NCBI RefSeq assembly: GCF_004298145.1
Contig: NZ_SCRH01000030.1
Location: forward strand, 68,526-132,525
Source of the DNA: Mycobacterium sp.
GTDB lineage: Bacteria > Actinomycetota > Actinomycetes > Mycobacteriales > Mycobacteriaceae
Direction: 5' to 3'
Length of the DNA stretch: 64,000 bases
A program made the position numbers and the translations under genes. This document shows, one piece after another, positions 9,809 to 21,070 of this stretch. Under the pieces are notes generated by a model. It saw only the letters and a program-made list of their open reading frames with translations. It did no database searches and was not told where the DNA came from. The first letter of the stretch is position 1, and each line of letters begins with the position of its first letter.

Positions 9809-10189
9809 ATGAGCCACCCGGAAATCAAAGAACCCAACGCCGGGCACCCGATCACCATCGAGCCCACGAAGGGGCGGGTTCAGGTTCGTGTCAATGGCGA
9901 GCTCGTCGCGGACACCACCGCCGCGCTGGAACTGCGCGAAGCCACAATCCCTGGGGTGCAATACATTCCGATCGCCGATGTGGTAGAGGATCGGCTCACC
10001 CGCACCGACACCAGCACGTACTGCCCGTTCAAGGGTGTCGCCAGCTATTACAGCGTGACCACCGCGGCCGGCGAGACCGTCGACGATGTGATTTGGACCT
10101 ACGAGCAGCCCTACCCGGCGGTCGCGGCGATCGCCGGGCATGTCGCGTTCTACCCCAACAAGGCCGAGATCAGCGTCTCGGCTCAGTAG
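9809..10189 (+). CDS. DUF427 protein (Rv0140-like)
   Basis: TYCPFKGVASYY, WTYEQP..AV..I.GHVAFY; strong AGGAG RBS before ATG 9809. Confidence 0.88.
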   Translation: MSHPEIKEPNAGHPITIEPTKGRVQVRVNGELVADTTAALELREATIPGVQYIPIADVVEDRLTRTDTSTYCPFKGVASYYSVTTAAGETVDDVIWTYEQPYPAVAAIAGHVAFYPNKAEISVSAQ

Positions 10190-10581
10190 GGGTCCCACCC
10201 GGGAAGCGCGGTCGCCGTCGCCCGGGTGTCGCTGTAGAGGCGCATCGAGACGATGAGCCCGTCGCGGGTGTCGAAGATGCACACGAACGGGCTGTCGTAG
10301 GCGATGCCGCCGGAGGTGGTGCCGGTCGCATGCGCCTCCACCACGACGGTCTCTCCCTCGTTGACACAGCGCACCAAGTCGATGACCAGCTCGAGGTCTT
10401 GTTTACGCCGCTCGATCGCGCGCCGGAATGCGCCCTTGTCGCAAGTGCTGCGCGTGTACAGCGTCCAGTAGGTGAAGTCGTCGCGCAGCAGCGCGAAGCC
10501 CTCGTCCAGATCGCCGCCCTCGCTGGTGCTCTGCAGGAACATCCAGGCCAGTTCGCCCTGCGGGTCATCGAACGGCGTCAT
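10183..10581 (-). CDS. NTF2/SnoaL-like protein (Rv0141c-like)
   Basis: MTPFDDPQGELAWMFLQS...GETVVVE...YDSPFVCIFDTRDGLI; synteny. Confidence 0.8.
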   Translation of the reverse strand: MTPFDDPQGELAWMFLQSTSEGGDLDEGFALLRDDFTYWTLYTRSTCDKGAFRRAIERRKQDLELVIDLVRCVNEGETVVVEAHATGTTSGGIAYDSPFVCIFDTRDGLIVSMRLYSDTRATATALPGWDPY

Positions 10582-10644
10582 CACACCGCAATATTGACTG
10601 GGGACAGAGTTCACGGTCAATCAGAGCTTTCGGAGAGTCATCAG

Positions 10645-11556
10645 GTGAAGAGCACGCGCACGGTGGTGTTCCCCGGGGCCGCCAGCTTCGGGCACACGCT
10701 GGCGCCGCTTCGCCGCGGCCCCGGGGATCCCTGCTTCAGGGCTCCCGGCGACGGCTCGATCTGGCGGACCAGCCTGCTGCCCACCGGTCCCGTCACGGCA
10801 CGGATCAGTCGCGCGGCCCCCAACGCCGCGCACTGTGTGGCGTGGGGCGGCGGCGCGCACGAGTTCGTCGAAACGCTGCCCGCGATGCTGGGTCTCGAGG
10901 ACGACGCCTCGGACTTCGCGCCGCGGCATCCAACGGTCGCCGCCGCGCACCAACGGGTTCCGCACCTGCGGCTGGGCCGCACCGGTCTGGTGCTGGAAGC
11001 GCTGATCCCGGCGATCATCGAGCAGCGGGTGCCCGGCGCCGACGCGTTTCGCTCCTGGCGCGTGCTGGTGACGAAGTACGGGAGTCCGGCGCCGGGACCG
11101 GCCCCGGACGGGATGCGGGTGCTGCCGCCGGCGCAGGTGTGGAGAAGCATCCCGTCGTGGGAGTTTCATCGCGCCAACGTCGACTCCAGGCGGGCGCAGA
11201 CGGTGGTGACCTGCGCGCGCCGCGCCGCCTCGCTGGAGCGGTTGACGTCACGGCCGGCGGCACAGGCGCGCCGAGCGTTGACGTCCTTGCCGGGGGTGGG
11301 GGAGTGGACCGCCGCCGAGACGGCGCAACGGGCCTTCGGCGACGCCGACGCCGTGTCGGTGGGCGACTACCACATCCCGAAGATGATCGGCTGGACGTTG
11401 CTGGGCCGCCCGGTCGACGATGCGGGCATGCTCGAATTGTTGGAGCCGATGCGGCCGCACCGCCAGCGCGTGGTCCGGCTGCTCGAAGCCAGCGGATTGG
11501 CATACGAACCGCGCCGGGGGCCGCGGCTGCCGGTGCAGCAAATCCACTCGCTGTGA
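10645..11556 (+). CDS. AlkA-like HhH-GPD DNA-3-methyladenine glycosylase (Rv0142-like)
   Basis: AIIEQRV, HhH LTSLPGVGEWTA and conserved Asp in VSVGDYHI; GTG 10645. Confidence 0.85.
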   Translation: MKSTRTVVFPGAASFGHTLAPLRRGPGDPCFRAPGDGSIWRTSLLPTGPVTARISRAAPNAAHCVAWGGGAHEFVETLPAMLGLEDDASDFAPRHPTVAAAHQRVPHLRLGRTGLVLEALIPAIIEQRVPGADAFRSWRVLVTKYGSPAPGPAPDGMRVLPPAQVWRSIPSWEFHRANVDSRRAQTVVTCARRAASLERLTSRPAAQARRALTSLPGVGEWTAAETAQRAFGDADAVSVGDYHIPKMIGWTLLGRPVDDAGMLELLEPMRPHRQRVVRLLEASGLAYEPRRGPRLPVQQIHSL

Positions 11557-11564
11557 TTCGCCGC

Positions 11565-11589
11565 GTTTTTCGCATCCGCCATCGGGTAC
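11565..11589 (+). promoter_or_regulatory. SigF-like promoter upstream of dps
   Basis: GTTT (11565-11568)-N15-GGGTAC (11584-11589), fitting the mycobacterial SigF consensus GTTT-N15-17-GGGTA. Confidence 0.6.
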
Positions 11590-11644
11590 CCAATGGGGCA
11601 AGTAACTGTGTGCGACCCGATGAAAGGAAGCCAGGAAACAAACG

Positions 11645-12193
11645 ATGACTCAGTTCACAATCCCGGGATTGACCGACAAGCAGGCGGCGCGGCTCACCGA
11701 ACTGCTGCAAAGGCAACTGAGCACCTACAACGATCTTCACCTGACGCTCAAGCACATTCACTGGAACGTGGTGGGCGCGAACTTCATCGGTGTGCACGAG
11801 ATGATCGACCCGCAGGTGGAAGCGGTGCGCAGTTTCGCCGACGACGTCGCCGAACGCATTGCCGCCCTGGGCTCTTCACCGCAAGGCACACCGGGCGCCA
11901 TCATCAAGGACCGCTCTTGGGACGACTATTCGGTCGGCCGTGACACCGTCCAGGCCCACCTGGCCGCCCTGGACCTTGTCTACAACGGCGTCATCGAAGA
12001 CATCCGCCGATACATCGACGAGACTGACGAACTCGACCAGGTGACCCAGGACCTGCTGATCGGCCAGGCGGGACAGCTGGAGAAGTTCCAGTGGTTCGTC
12101 CGGGCGCACCTGGAAAGCGCCGGCGGCCAGCTGGCTCACGCGGGCAAGAGCACCGAAAAGGCCGCCGCCAAGAGCGCGCGCAGCAAATCCTGA
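11645..12193 (+). CDS. dps: DNA starvation/stationary-phase protection protein Dps
   Basis: Ferroxidase residues in KHIHWNVVGANFIGVHEMID and DDVAERI; basic C-terminal tail KSTEKAAAKSARSKS. Confidence 0.95.
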   Translation: MTQFTIPGLTDKQAARLTELLQRQLSTYNDLHLTLKHIHWNVVGANFIGVHEMIDPQVEAVRSFADDVAERIAALGSSPQGTPGAIIKDRSWDDYSVGRDTVQAHLAALDLVYNGVIEDIRRYIDETDELDQVTQDLLIGQAGQLEKFQWFVRAHLESAGGQLAHAGKSTEKAAAKSARSKS

Positions 12194-12213
12194 CGAGCCC
12201 GTTCGCGTACTTT

Positions 12214-12253
12214 GCGCAGTCGCCCCGGCAAATCGCTGCCGGGGCGACTGCGC
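12214..12253 (+). terminator. Perfect 17-bp GC stem-loop downstream of dps
   Basis: GCGCAGTCGCCCCGGCA-AATCGC-TGCCGGGGCGACTGCGC; no U-tract, as is common in mycobacteria. Confidence 0.65.
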
Positions 12254-12290
12254 GTGACCGCGCTGCCGCCGCGGGGCCGACCGTCTGGAC

Positions 12291-12317
12291 CGGAATAAGT
12301 GGACCCTAGTCCGGTTA
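12291..12317 (+). promoter_or_regulatory. SigH/SigE-like promoter upstream of pirin
   Basis: CGGAAT-N17-GGTTA (GGAA 12292-12295, GTT 12314-12316). Confidence 0.6.
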
Positions 12318-12346
12318 TATAGGTAGTTCACTTTTGAGGAGGTCAG

Positions 12347-13330
12347 ATGCCTGCAGTTACGGCCAACACGCTGACATTGCCGCGAGTCCACGGCCCCAGG
12401 CCCGCCGACACCGAGCGGCCGGTGCGATCGATCACCACCGGTCCGCGCGGGTATGAGGGCGAGGGCTTCCCGGTCGTCCGGGCTTTCGCCGGGGTCAGCA
12501 CCGCCGCCCTGGATCCCTTCGTCCACATGGACCAGATGGGCGAGGTCGACTACCAGCCGGGCGAGCCCAGGGGCACCGACTGGCATCCACACCGCGGCTT
12601 CGAAACCGTGACCTACATGCTCGACGGGAGATTCGCGCACCAGGACTCCCACGGGGGCGGCGGTCTGATCAGCGACGGAGCGACACAGTGGATGACCGCC
12701 GGTTCCGGCATCCTGCACATCGAGACCCCGCCGGCCGAGCTCGTCGACGGCGGAGGCCTCTTTCACGGCGTCCAGCTCTGGGTGAACCTGCCGAAGAAAG
12801 ACAAGTTCGCGCCGCCGCGATACCAGGCCATCGAGGGCGGCGACGCCACGTTGCTCGCGTCCGACGACGGCGGCGCGCTGATCCGCATCATCGCCGGCGA
12901 GATCGACGGCCACCGGGGCCCTGGTCTCACGCACACGCCGATTACCCTCGCGCACGCGACGGTCGAGAACGGCGCCCGGCTCAACATTCCATGGCAGCGC
13001 GACTTCAATGCGCTGGTGTACGTGTTGTCGGGCAGCGGGTACGTCGGCCCGGTCGCCCACCCGATCCACCAGGGGCAGCTGGGGGTCCTGGGGCCCGGCG
13101 ATCGGATCACCGTGGGAGCCCAGCGGATCCAAGATTCGAACCGGACGGCGGCCATTGACGTGCTGCTTCTGGGGGGCCGTCCCATCCGCGAGCCCGTATT
13201 CCACTACGGGCCTTTCGTGATGAACACCCGCGCGGAATTGATCGAGGCGATGCAGGACTACCGGGCCGGAAAGTTTGGCAGCATTCCGCCAAACGCGCTG
13301 ATGCCGCACCATGGCGGTGGCACACTTTAG
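12347..13330 (+). CDS. Pirin family protein
   Basis: DPFVHMDQM, HPHRGFETVTY, H.DSHG, QWMTAGSGILH.E, HGVQLWVNLP; GAGGAGG RBS. Confidence 0.95.
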   Translation: MPAVTANTLTLPRVHGPRPADTERPVRSITTGPRGYEGEGFPVVRAFAGVSTAALDPFVHMDQMGEVDYQPGEPRGTDWHPHRGFETVTYMLDGRFAHQDSHGGGGLISDGATQWMTAGSGILHIETPPAELVDGGGLFHGVQLWVNLPKKDKFAPPRYQAIEGGDATLLASDDGGALIRIIAGEIDGHRGPGLTHTPITLAHATVENGARLNIPWQRDFNALVYVLSGSGYVGPVAHPIHQGQLGVLGPGDRITVGAQRIQDSNRTAAIDVLLLGGRPIREPVFHYGPFVMNTRAELIEAMQDYRAGKFGSIPPNALMPHHGGGTL

Positions 13331-13332
13331 CA

Positions 13333-13968
13333 ATGCTTCCACGGGGGACTCGCCGGCCGGGGCGTCCGCCTGCGGCAAAGGCCGACGAGACTCGGCAACG
13401 GATCATCCAAGCCGCCCGTTTGGTGTTCAGCGAACGCGGCTACGACGGCGGGACGTTCCAGGCCATCGCGGCGCGCGCCGACCTCACCCGACCGGCGATC
13501 AACCACTACTTTTCGAGCAAACGAGCGTTGTATCGCGAAGTTCTGGCCGAGACCAATGAATTCGTCATCGGGGCTGGCATAAGACAAGCCGAAGGCGAGA
13601 CCACGCTGGTGGCGCGGTTGACGGCATTCATCTCCGCGGCCGTCAGGGCCAATTCGGACAACCCCGCGGGATCGGCGTTTTTAATCAGCAGCGCTCTCGA
13701 GTCCCAGCGTCACCCGGAGCTGACGGGAACCGAAAACGATTCCCTGCGGCTGAGCAGAGAATTCCTGACGCGCGTCGTCAATGACGCGATCGAGCATGGC
13801 GAGATCGTCACCGACTTTGACGCGTCGGCATTGGTCGAGGCACTGCTCGTGGTGATCTGCGGGGTGGGTCTGTACGCGGGCTACATCCAGAGCCCTGAAG
13901 CGATGCTGGCCATCACCGGAGTGATGCGCCGGTTGCTGGAAGGTGCGCTCCGGGGACCTGAGGCTTAG
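13333..13968 (+). CDS. TetR family regulator (Rv0144-like)
   Basis: GRPP...TRQRII.AA..VFSERGY...TFQAIA.RADLTRPAINHYFSSK. Confidence 0.9.
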   Translation: MLPRGTRRPGRPPAAKADETRQRIIQAARLVFSERGYDGGTFQAIAARADLTRPAINHYFSSKRALYREVLAETNEFVIGAGIRQAEGETTLVARLTAFISAAVRANSDNPAGSAFLISSALESQRHPELTGTENDSLRLSREFLTRVVNDAIEHGEIVTDFDASALVEALLVVICGVGLYAGYIQSPEAMLAITGVMRRLLEGALRGPEA

Positions 13969-14040
13969 CCCATCGGGCACAGTGAAGTTTCACACAAAGA
14001 GTATAGGCTAACTAACTTATCCCGGTACCATGGTCCGGAT

Positions 14041-15957
<1,917 letters not shown>

Positions 15958-15958
<1 letters not shown>

Positions 15959-16893
15959 TGGCGCGCACCGCGGACGACTCCTGGGACATCGCCACCAGCG
16001 TCGGGGCGACCGCGGTGATGGTCGCGCTGGCCCGGGCTGCCGAGACGGCCGGCGCCGATCCGCTCATCCGAGATCAATTCGCCGAGCCGCTGGTTTCCAC
16101 GCCGGAGCTCGAGGGAGTCCGTGAGCAGGTCGCCGCCTGGTGGGCGGGCGATCCGGATGACGACCCCGAGGATGGCGCCCCGAACGCCGGTTACATGATC
16201 AACTACCAGGCCGTGCGCACCCACTTCTTCGACGCGTACTTCACCGAGGCCACCCAAGCCTGTCGCGCCGGTATCCGGCAGGTCGTGATTTTGGCCGCCG
16301 GCCTGGATTCGCGCGCCTACCGCCTGGCCTGGCCGGCCGGCACCGTCGTGTACGAGATCGATCTGCCGAGGGTGCTCGAGTACAAGAGCGATACGCTCGC
16401 CAGCCACGGCGCCACACCCACCGCCGACCGCCGGCCGGTACCCGTGGACCTGCGCCACGACTGGCCGCAGGCATTGCGCGACAACGGCTTTGACGCCGGA
16501 CAGCCCACCGCGTGGCTGGCCGAAGGGCTGCTGCCCTTCCTCCCTGCGTCGGCACAGGAGGCCCTGTTCGCCTCGATCGACGCGCTGAGCGGATCGGGCA
16601 GCCGGGTGGCCGTTGAGAACTTCGGGGTCGATGCGGACAAGCGCCGCGAGGCCGAACAGCGGTGGCACGAACTGCGGTCCAAGCGCGAAGCGCGCGGCCT
16701 GGACACCTCCTTCAACCCGTTTGACCTCTGGTTCTCTGACGAAGGCCGCCCCGACTGCGCCGAGTGGTTCACCGCGCGCGGCTGGACCACGAGCACGGTG
16801 AGTGCGCGCGACGAGGGGCTGCGACTGGGCCGGGCCCCACAGCCCGAAGATCGCCCGTTCGCGAACAGCTTCGTGACGGCAGCCAAGCCCTGA
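15958..16893 (+). CDS. Third tandem SAM-dependent methyltransferase, LCM family
   Basis: Same family motifs; ATG overlaps the upstream TAA. Confidence 0.9.
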
Positions 16894-17005
16894 GCGATCA
16901 CGCCCGACTGCACTCGATGCCGCAGACCCGTAGCGTGTTCACCGTCGGCTCGCGGCCGCGGCTACCGGGATTTCGCCAGGTCATCGAGGACAATGGTGAC
17001 TCATT

Positions 17006-18583
17006 ATGGGCGGCGGCGCGGCTGAGCGATCACACCGCTGGGTGCTGTTAAAGGGCCGGCTCGTCGCCGGCCTCGCTTCGGCCTTCGTCATGGCCGTCAC
17101 CGGCGTCGGCTGGACGGGCTACCACACCGCCCTGGGCAGAATCATCATTTCCCACGCGCTGCCGAATGGGGCGACGTCGCTCGGCGACAACCAGAACATC
17201 CTGCTGATGGGCTTGGACAGCCGGTTGGACCAGAATGGTCAGCCGCTATCGCAGGAGATCTACGAGGCGCTGCACGCGGGCGACGAAACCTCGGGTGGCT
17301 ACAACGCCAATGTCCTTATCGTCGTGCACATTTCGGACCGTGACGGGCCGGTCACCGCGGTATCGATTCCCCGCGACGACTACGCCGAGTTGCCGGGCTG
17401 CCCGGGCTCGGTCTGCGCGGGCAAGATCAAGCAGGCGTACGGGCTGGCCTATCAGCAGTCGTTGAACGCGCAGGCCGCCGGGAACTCGGGCGGCGCGGGA
17501 GCGACCGATCTGGTGGCTCGCGAGCAGACCGCCCGCGAGGCCGGCCGCAAGGCCGAAATCGCCGCCGTCAACGATTTCCTGGGTATCTCGGTCGACCACT
17601 TCGTCGAGGTCACGTTGGGCGCCTTCTACCAAATCGCCAAGGCCGTGGAGCCCATCACGGTCTGCCTCAGCGGCGATACGCGTGACAGCTATTCGGGTGC
17701 GGACTTCCACCAAGGGGTTCAGCGCATCGATGCCGCGGAGGCGATGGCCTTCGTTCGGCAACGGCGCGACGAAACCGACGGCTCTTTCACCGATTTCGAC
17801 CGGACACGACGCCAGCAGGCGTTCCTGGTGTCGTTGGTCAATGCGGCGCGCAGCGGCGGTGTGCTGTCCAGCGTGAGCGGGCTGCGCAAGATGCTCCAGG
17901 TCGCCCGCGACAACGTCGCCGTCGACGCCGGGCTGGACCTCGTGCAGTTCGCCTCACGCGCCTCCCGACTGACCGAGCGGCCCCTGTCGCTCTACACCCT
18001 GCCGATCTCGGGCTTCGGCAAGGACCCGAACGGATCCGACATCAACCTCGTCGACCTTTCGGTCATCCGGCGCATCGTCAACGAGCGCTTCATGTCGGAC
18101 GCGCCGGCCGCGCTCGACGCCGCGTCACCGACCGCCCAGCCACCGCCCACCCCGGCCGAACCCGTCATTCTCGACGTCGTCAACGCCACCTCGCATGACG
18201 GGCTCGCGGCCGCCCTCGAGGAGGCCTTCGCCGGCCGAGGCTTCACCCGGGGCAGCGCCACGACCGCCCCCACCCCGGCCGACGACAGCATGATCGAGTA
18301 CGGCCCCGAGGCCGGCCAGGGCGCGCGGATCCTGGCCGACCAACTGCACGTGCCGGTGAGCGAAGATCCCACTGTGGCCTCCGGAACCGTCCGGCTGACC
18401 GTGGGAACCCGGTTTCCCGCGGCGGACTACCTCGCCCACCCCGGCGCCCACCCCGCCGGCGGGGGCGACGCGTCGGCGTCCGGGCAGGTGAGTGCCGTCG
18501 CCGCCACCGGCACCGGCGACCGCGCCCCGGCACCGACCGACCTCAGCCAGATGACGGCGTCGAGCGTCCCCTGCGTCAAGTAG
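17006..18583 (+). CDS. LytR-CpsA-Psr (LCP) protein with LytR_C domain, CpsA-like
   Basis: N-terminal TM helix, NILLMGLDSR, SIPRD, KIKQAYG, AMAFVRQR, DFDRTRRQQAF, LytR_C (VDVVNA...RLTVG), C-terminal VPCVK. Start codon uncertain. Confidence 0.88.
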   Translation: MGGGAAERSHRWVLLKGRLVAGLASAFVMAVTGVGWTGYHTALGRIIISHALPNGATSLGDNQNILLMGLDSRLDQNGQPLSQEIYEALHAGDETSGGYNANVLIVVHISDRDGPVTAVSIPRDDYAELPGCPGSVCAGKIKQAYGLAYQQSLNAQAAGNSGGAGATDLVAREQTAREAGRKAEIAAVNDFLGISVDHFVEVTLGAFYQIAKAVEPITVCLSGDTRDSYSGADFHQGVQRIDAAEAMAFVRQRRDETDGSFTDFDRTRRQQAFLVSLVNAARSGGVLSSVSGLRKMLQVARDNVAVDAGLDLVQFASRASRLTERPLSLYTLPISGFGKDPNGSDINLVDLSVIRRIVNERFMSDAPAALDAASPTAQPPPTPAEPVILDVVNATSHDGLAAALEEAFAGRGFTRGSATTAPTPADDSMIEYGPEAGQGARILADQLHVPVSEDPTVASGTVRLTVGTRFPAADYLAHPGAHPAGGGDASASGQVSAVAATGTGDRAPAPTDLSQMTASSVPCVK

Positions 18584-18689
18584 CCCCGCGCGCCCGGTCC
18601 TTTCTACTGCCCTCCCAACCGGATGGTTAGTATCGCGGTTATCACCGATGAGCGGCCGCCACGCGGCGGGACTCTGCTCGGGAAGGACA

Positions 18690-20123
18690 ATGATGACCAC
18701 CGAATCGGTTGCATCGAAGACATCGCTGGCCAAGGACTCCAAGAACGGGACCGGAGCGGCCGACATCGCCGGCACGGTTGCCCGGCTTCGTCAGACCTTC
18801 GCCACCGGACGCACCCGCGACATCGAATGGCGCAAGCGGCAGTTGCTGCAACTGCAGAAGTTGATGGAGGAGAACGAGGGCGCGCTGGCCGCGGCGCTCG
18901 CCGAAGACCTGGATCGCAGCCCCTTTGAGGCCTACATCGCGGACATCGCCACCACCGCGGGTGAGGCCAAGTACGCGGCCAAACGGGTGCGCAAGTGGAC
19001 GCGGCGCAAGTATCAACTGCTCGAGCTGCCGCAGCTGCCCGGCCGCGGCTGGGTGGAATACGAGCCCTACGGCACGGTGCTGATCATCGGCGCCTGGAAC
19101 TACCCCTTCTACCTGACGCTGGGGCCCGCCGTCGGAGCGATCGCCGCCGGGAACACCGTGATCCTCAAGCCGTCGGAAATCGCGGCCGCGTCCTCGCGTG
19201 TGATTGCCGAGCTGGTGCCCAAGTATCTCGACAACGACGCCATCGCGGTGATCGAGGGCGACGGTGCCACGAGCCAGGAGCTCATCGCGCAGGGCCTGGA
19301 CCGGGTGATGTTCACGGGCGGCACCGAGATCGGCCGCAAGGTCTACGAGGGTGCGGCACCGCACCTGACCCCCTGCACCCTCGAACTCGGCGGAAAGAGC
19401 CCGGTCATCGTCGCAGCGGACGCCGACGTGGACGTGGCCGCCAAGCGGATCGCCTGGATGAAGCTGCTCAACGCCGGACAAACCTGCGTCGCACCGGATT
19501 ACGTGTTGGCGGACGCGTCGATTCGCGACGAACTGGTGAACAAGATCGGTGCCGCCATCACGAAGTTCACCTCGGACAAGCCGGACGGCATGCGGGTGAT
19601 CAACCAGCGGCAGTTCGATCGGATCAGTGGCTACCTGTCCGGAGCGGACGGCAAGGTCACCGTCGGCGGGGCCTGCGATGCGTCGACGCTGCGCATCCAG
19701 CCCGCCGTGGTGGTGGACCCCGCCCCGGACGGGCCGCTGATGCAGAACGAGATCTTCGGTCCGGTCCTGCCGGTGATCACCGTCCAAAACCTGGATGAGG
19801 CGATACGTTTCGTGAACTCACGACCCAAGCCGCTGTCGGCGTACCTGTTCACCAAACGGCGCGAGACGCGCGAGCGGGTGATCAAGGAGGTGCCGGCGGG
19901 CGGCATGCTGGTCAACCACGTCGCCTTCCAGGTGTCGACGGCCAAGCTGCCCTTCGGCGGGGTCGGCCCATCGGGCATGGGCGCCTACCACGGCAAGTGG
20001 GGTTTCGAAGAGTTCAGCCACCGCAAGTCGGTCTTGACCAAACCCACTCGGCCCGACCTGTCGAGCTTCATCTACCCTCCATACACCGAGCGGGCCTTCA
20101 AGATGGCCCGCCGGATGTTCTGA
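18690..20123 (+). CDS. Aldehyde dehydrogenase (Rv0147-like)
   Basis: GAWNYP, FTGG, LELGGKSP (catalytic Glu), NAGQTCVAPD (catalytic Cys), EIFGP. Confidence 0.95.
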   Translation: MMTTESVASKTSLAKDSKNGTGAADIAGTVARLRQTFATGRTRDIEWRKRQLLQLQKLMEENEGALAAALAEDLDRSPFEAYIADIATTAGEAKYAAKRVRKWTRRKYQLLELPQLPGRGWVEYEPYGTVLIIGAWNYPFYLTLGPAVGAIAAGNTVILKPSEIAAASSRVIAELVPKYLDNDAIAVIEGDGATSQELIAQGLDRVMFTGGTEIGRKVYEGAAPHLTPCTLELGGKSPVIVAADADVDVAAKRIAWMKLLNAGQTCVAPDYVLADASIRDELVNKIGAAITKFTSDKPDGMRVINQRQFDRISGYLSGADGKVTVGGACDASTLRIQPAVVVDPAPDGPLMQNEIFGPVLPVITVQNLDEAIRFVNSRPKPLSAYLFTKRRETRERVIKEVPAGGMLVNHVAFQVSTAKLPFGGVGPSGMGAYHGKWGFEEFSHRKSVLTKPTRPDLSSFIYPPYTERAFKMARRMF

Positions 20124-20179
20124 CCCGGTTTCGCCAAACCAGTTGCTAGACAGAGATTTTCATAGCGGAGAGGAACCTT

Positions 20180-21043
20180 ATGCCCGGAGTGCAGGATCGC
20201 GTCGTCATCGTCACCGGAGCCGGTGGGGGGCTGGGCCGTGAGTACGCCCTGACCCTCGCCAAGGAGGGTGCCAGCGTCGTCGTCAACGACCTCGGCGGTG
20301 CCCGCGACGGCACCGGCGCCGGCCACAACATGGCCGACGAGGTGGTCAACGAGATCAAGGACGCGGGCGGCCGGGCGGTCGCCAACTATGACAGCGTCGC
20401 CGAACCCGAGGGCGCCGAGAACATGGTCAAGACCGCGCTCGACGAATTCGGTGCCGTGCACGGCGTGGTCAGCAACGCCGGGATCCTGCGCGACGGCACC
20501 TTCCACAAGATGTCCTTCGAGAACTGGGACGCCGTCCTCAAGGTGCACCTCTACGGTGGCTACAACGTCATCCGCGCCGCATGGCCGCACTTCCGTGAGC
20601 AGAGCTACGGCCGGGTCGTCGTCGCCACCTCCACCAGTGGTCTGTTCGGCAACTTCGGCCAAACCAACTACGGGGCGGCCAAACTCGGCCTCGTGGGCCT
20701 GATCAACAGCCTGGCGCTGGAGGGGGCGAAGTACAACATCCGCGCCAACGCGGTCGCCCCGATCGCCGCGACGCGGATGACCGAAGACATCCTGCCCCCC
20801 GAAGTGCTCGAGAAGCTGACGCCGGAGTACGTCGCGCCGGTGGTGGCCTACCTGTGCACCGAGGAAAACCCCAACAGCGCTTCGGTTTTCGTGGTCGGCG
20901 GTGGCAAGGTGCAGCGGGTCGCGCTGTTCCAGAACGCCGGCGTCAACTACGACAAGCCGCCGACGGTGCAGGACATCGCCGCGCAGTGGGGCGAGATCAC
21001 CGATCTGTCCGCGGCCAAGCCGGCCGACTTCAAGCTGGGCTGA
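20180..21043 (+). CDS. Short-chain dehydrogenase, MFE-2 hydroxyacyl-CoA dehydrogenase-like (Rv0148-like)
   Basis: TGAGGGLG, VVVNDLGG, NAGILRD, YGAAK. Confidence 0.92.
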   Translation: MPGVQDRVVIVTGAGGGLGREYALTLAKEGASVVVNDLGGARDGTGAGHNMADEVVNEIKDAGGRAVANYDSVAEPEGAENMVKTALDEFGAVHGVVSNAGILRDGTFHKMSFENWDAVLKVHLYGGYNVIRAAWPHFREQSYGRVVVATSTSGLFGNFGQTNYGAAKLGLVGLINSLALEGAKYNIRANAVAPIAATRMTEDILPPEVLEKLTPEYVAPVVAYLCTEENPNSASVFVVGGGKVQRVALFQNAGVNYDKPPTVQDIAAQWGEITDLSAAKPADFKLG

Positions 21044-21070
21044 GCCCGCGGGCGGCGGAGTGTCGGCGGG

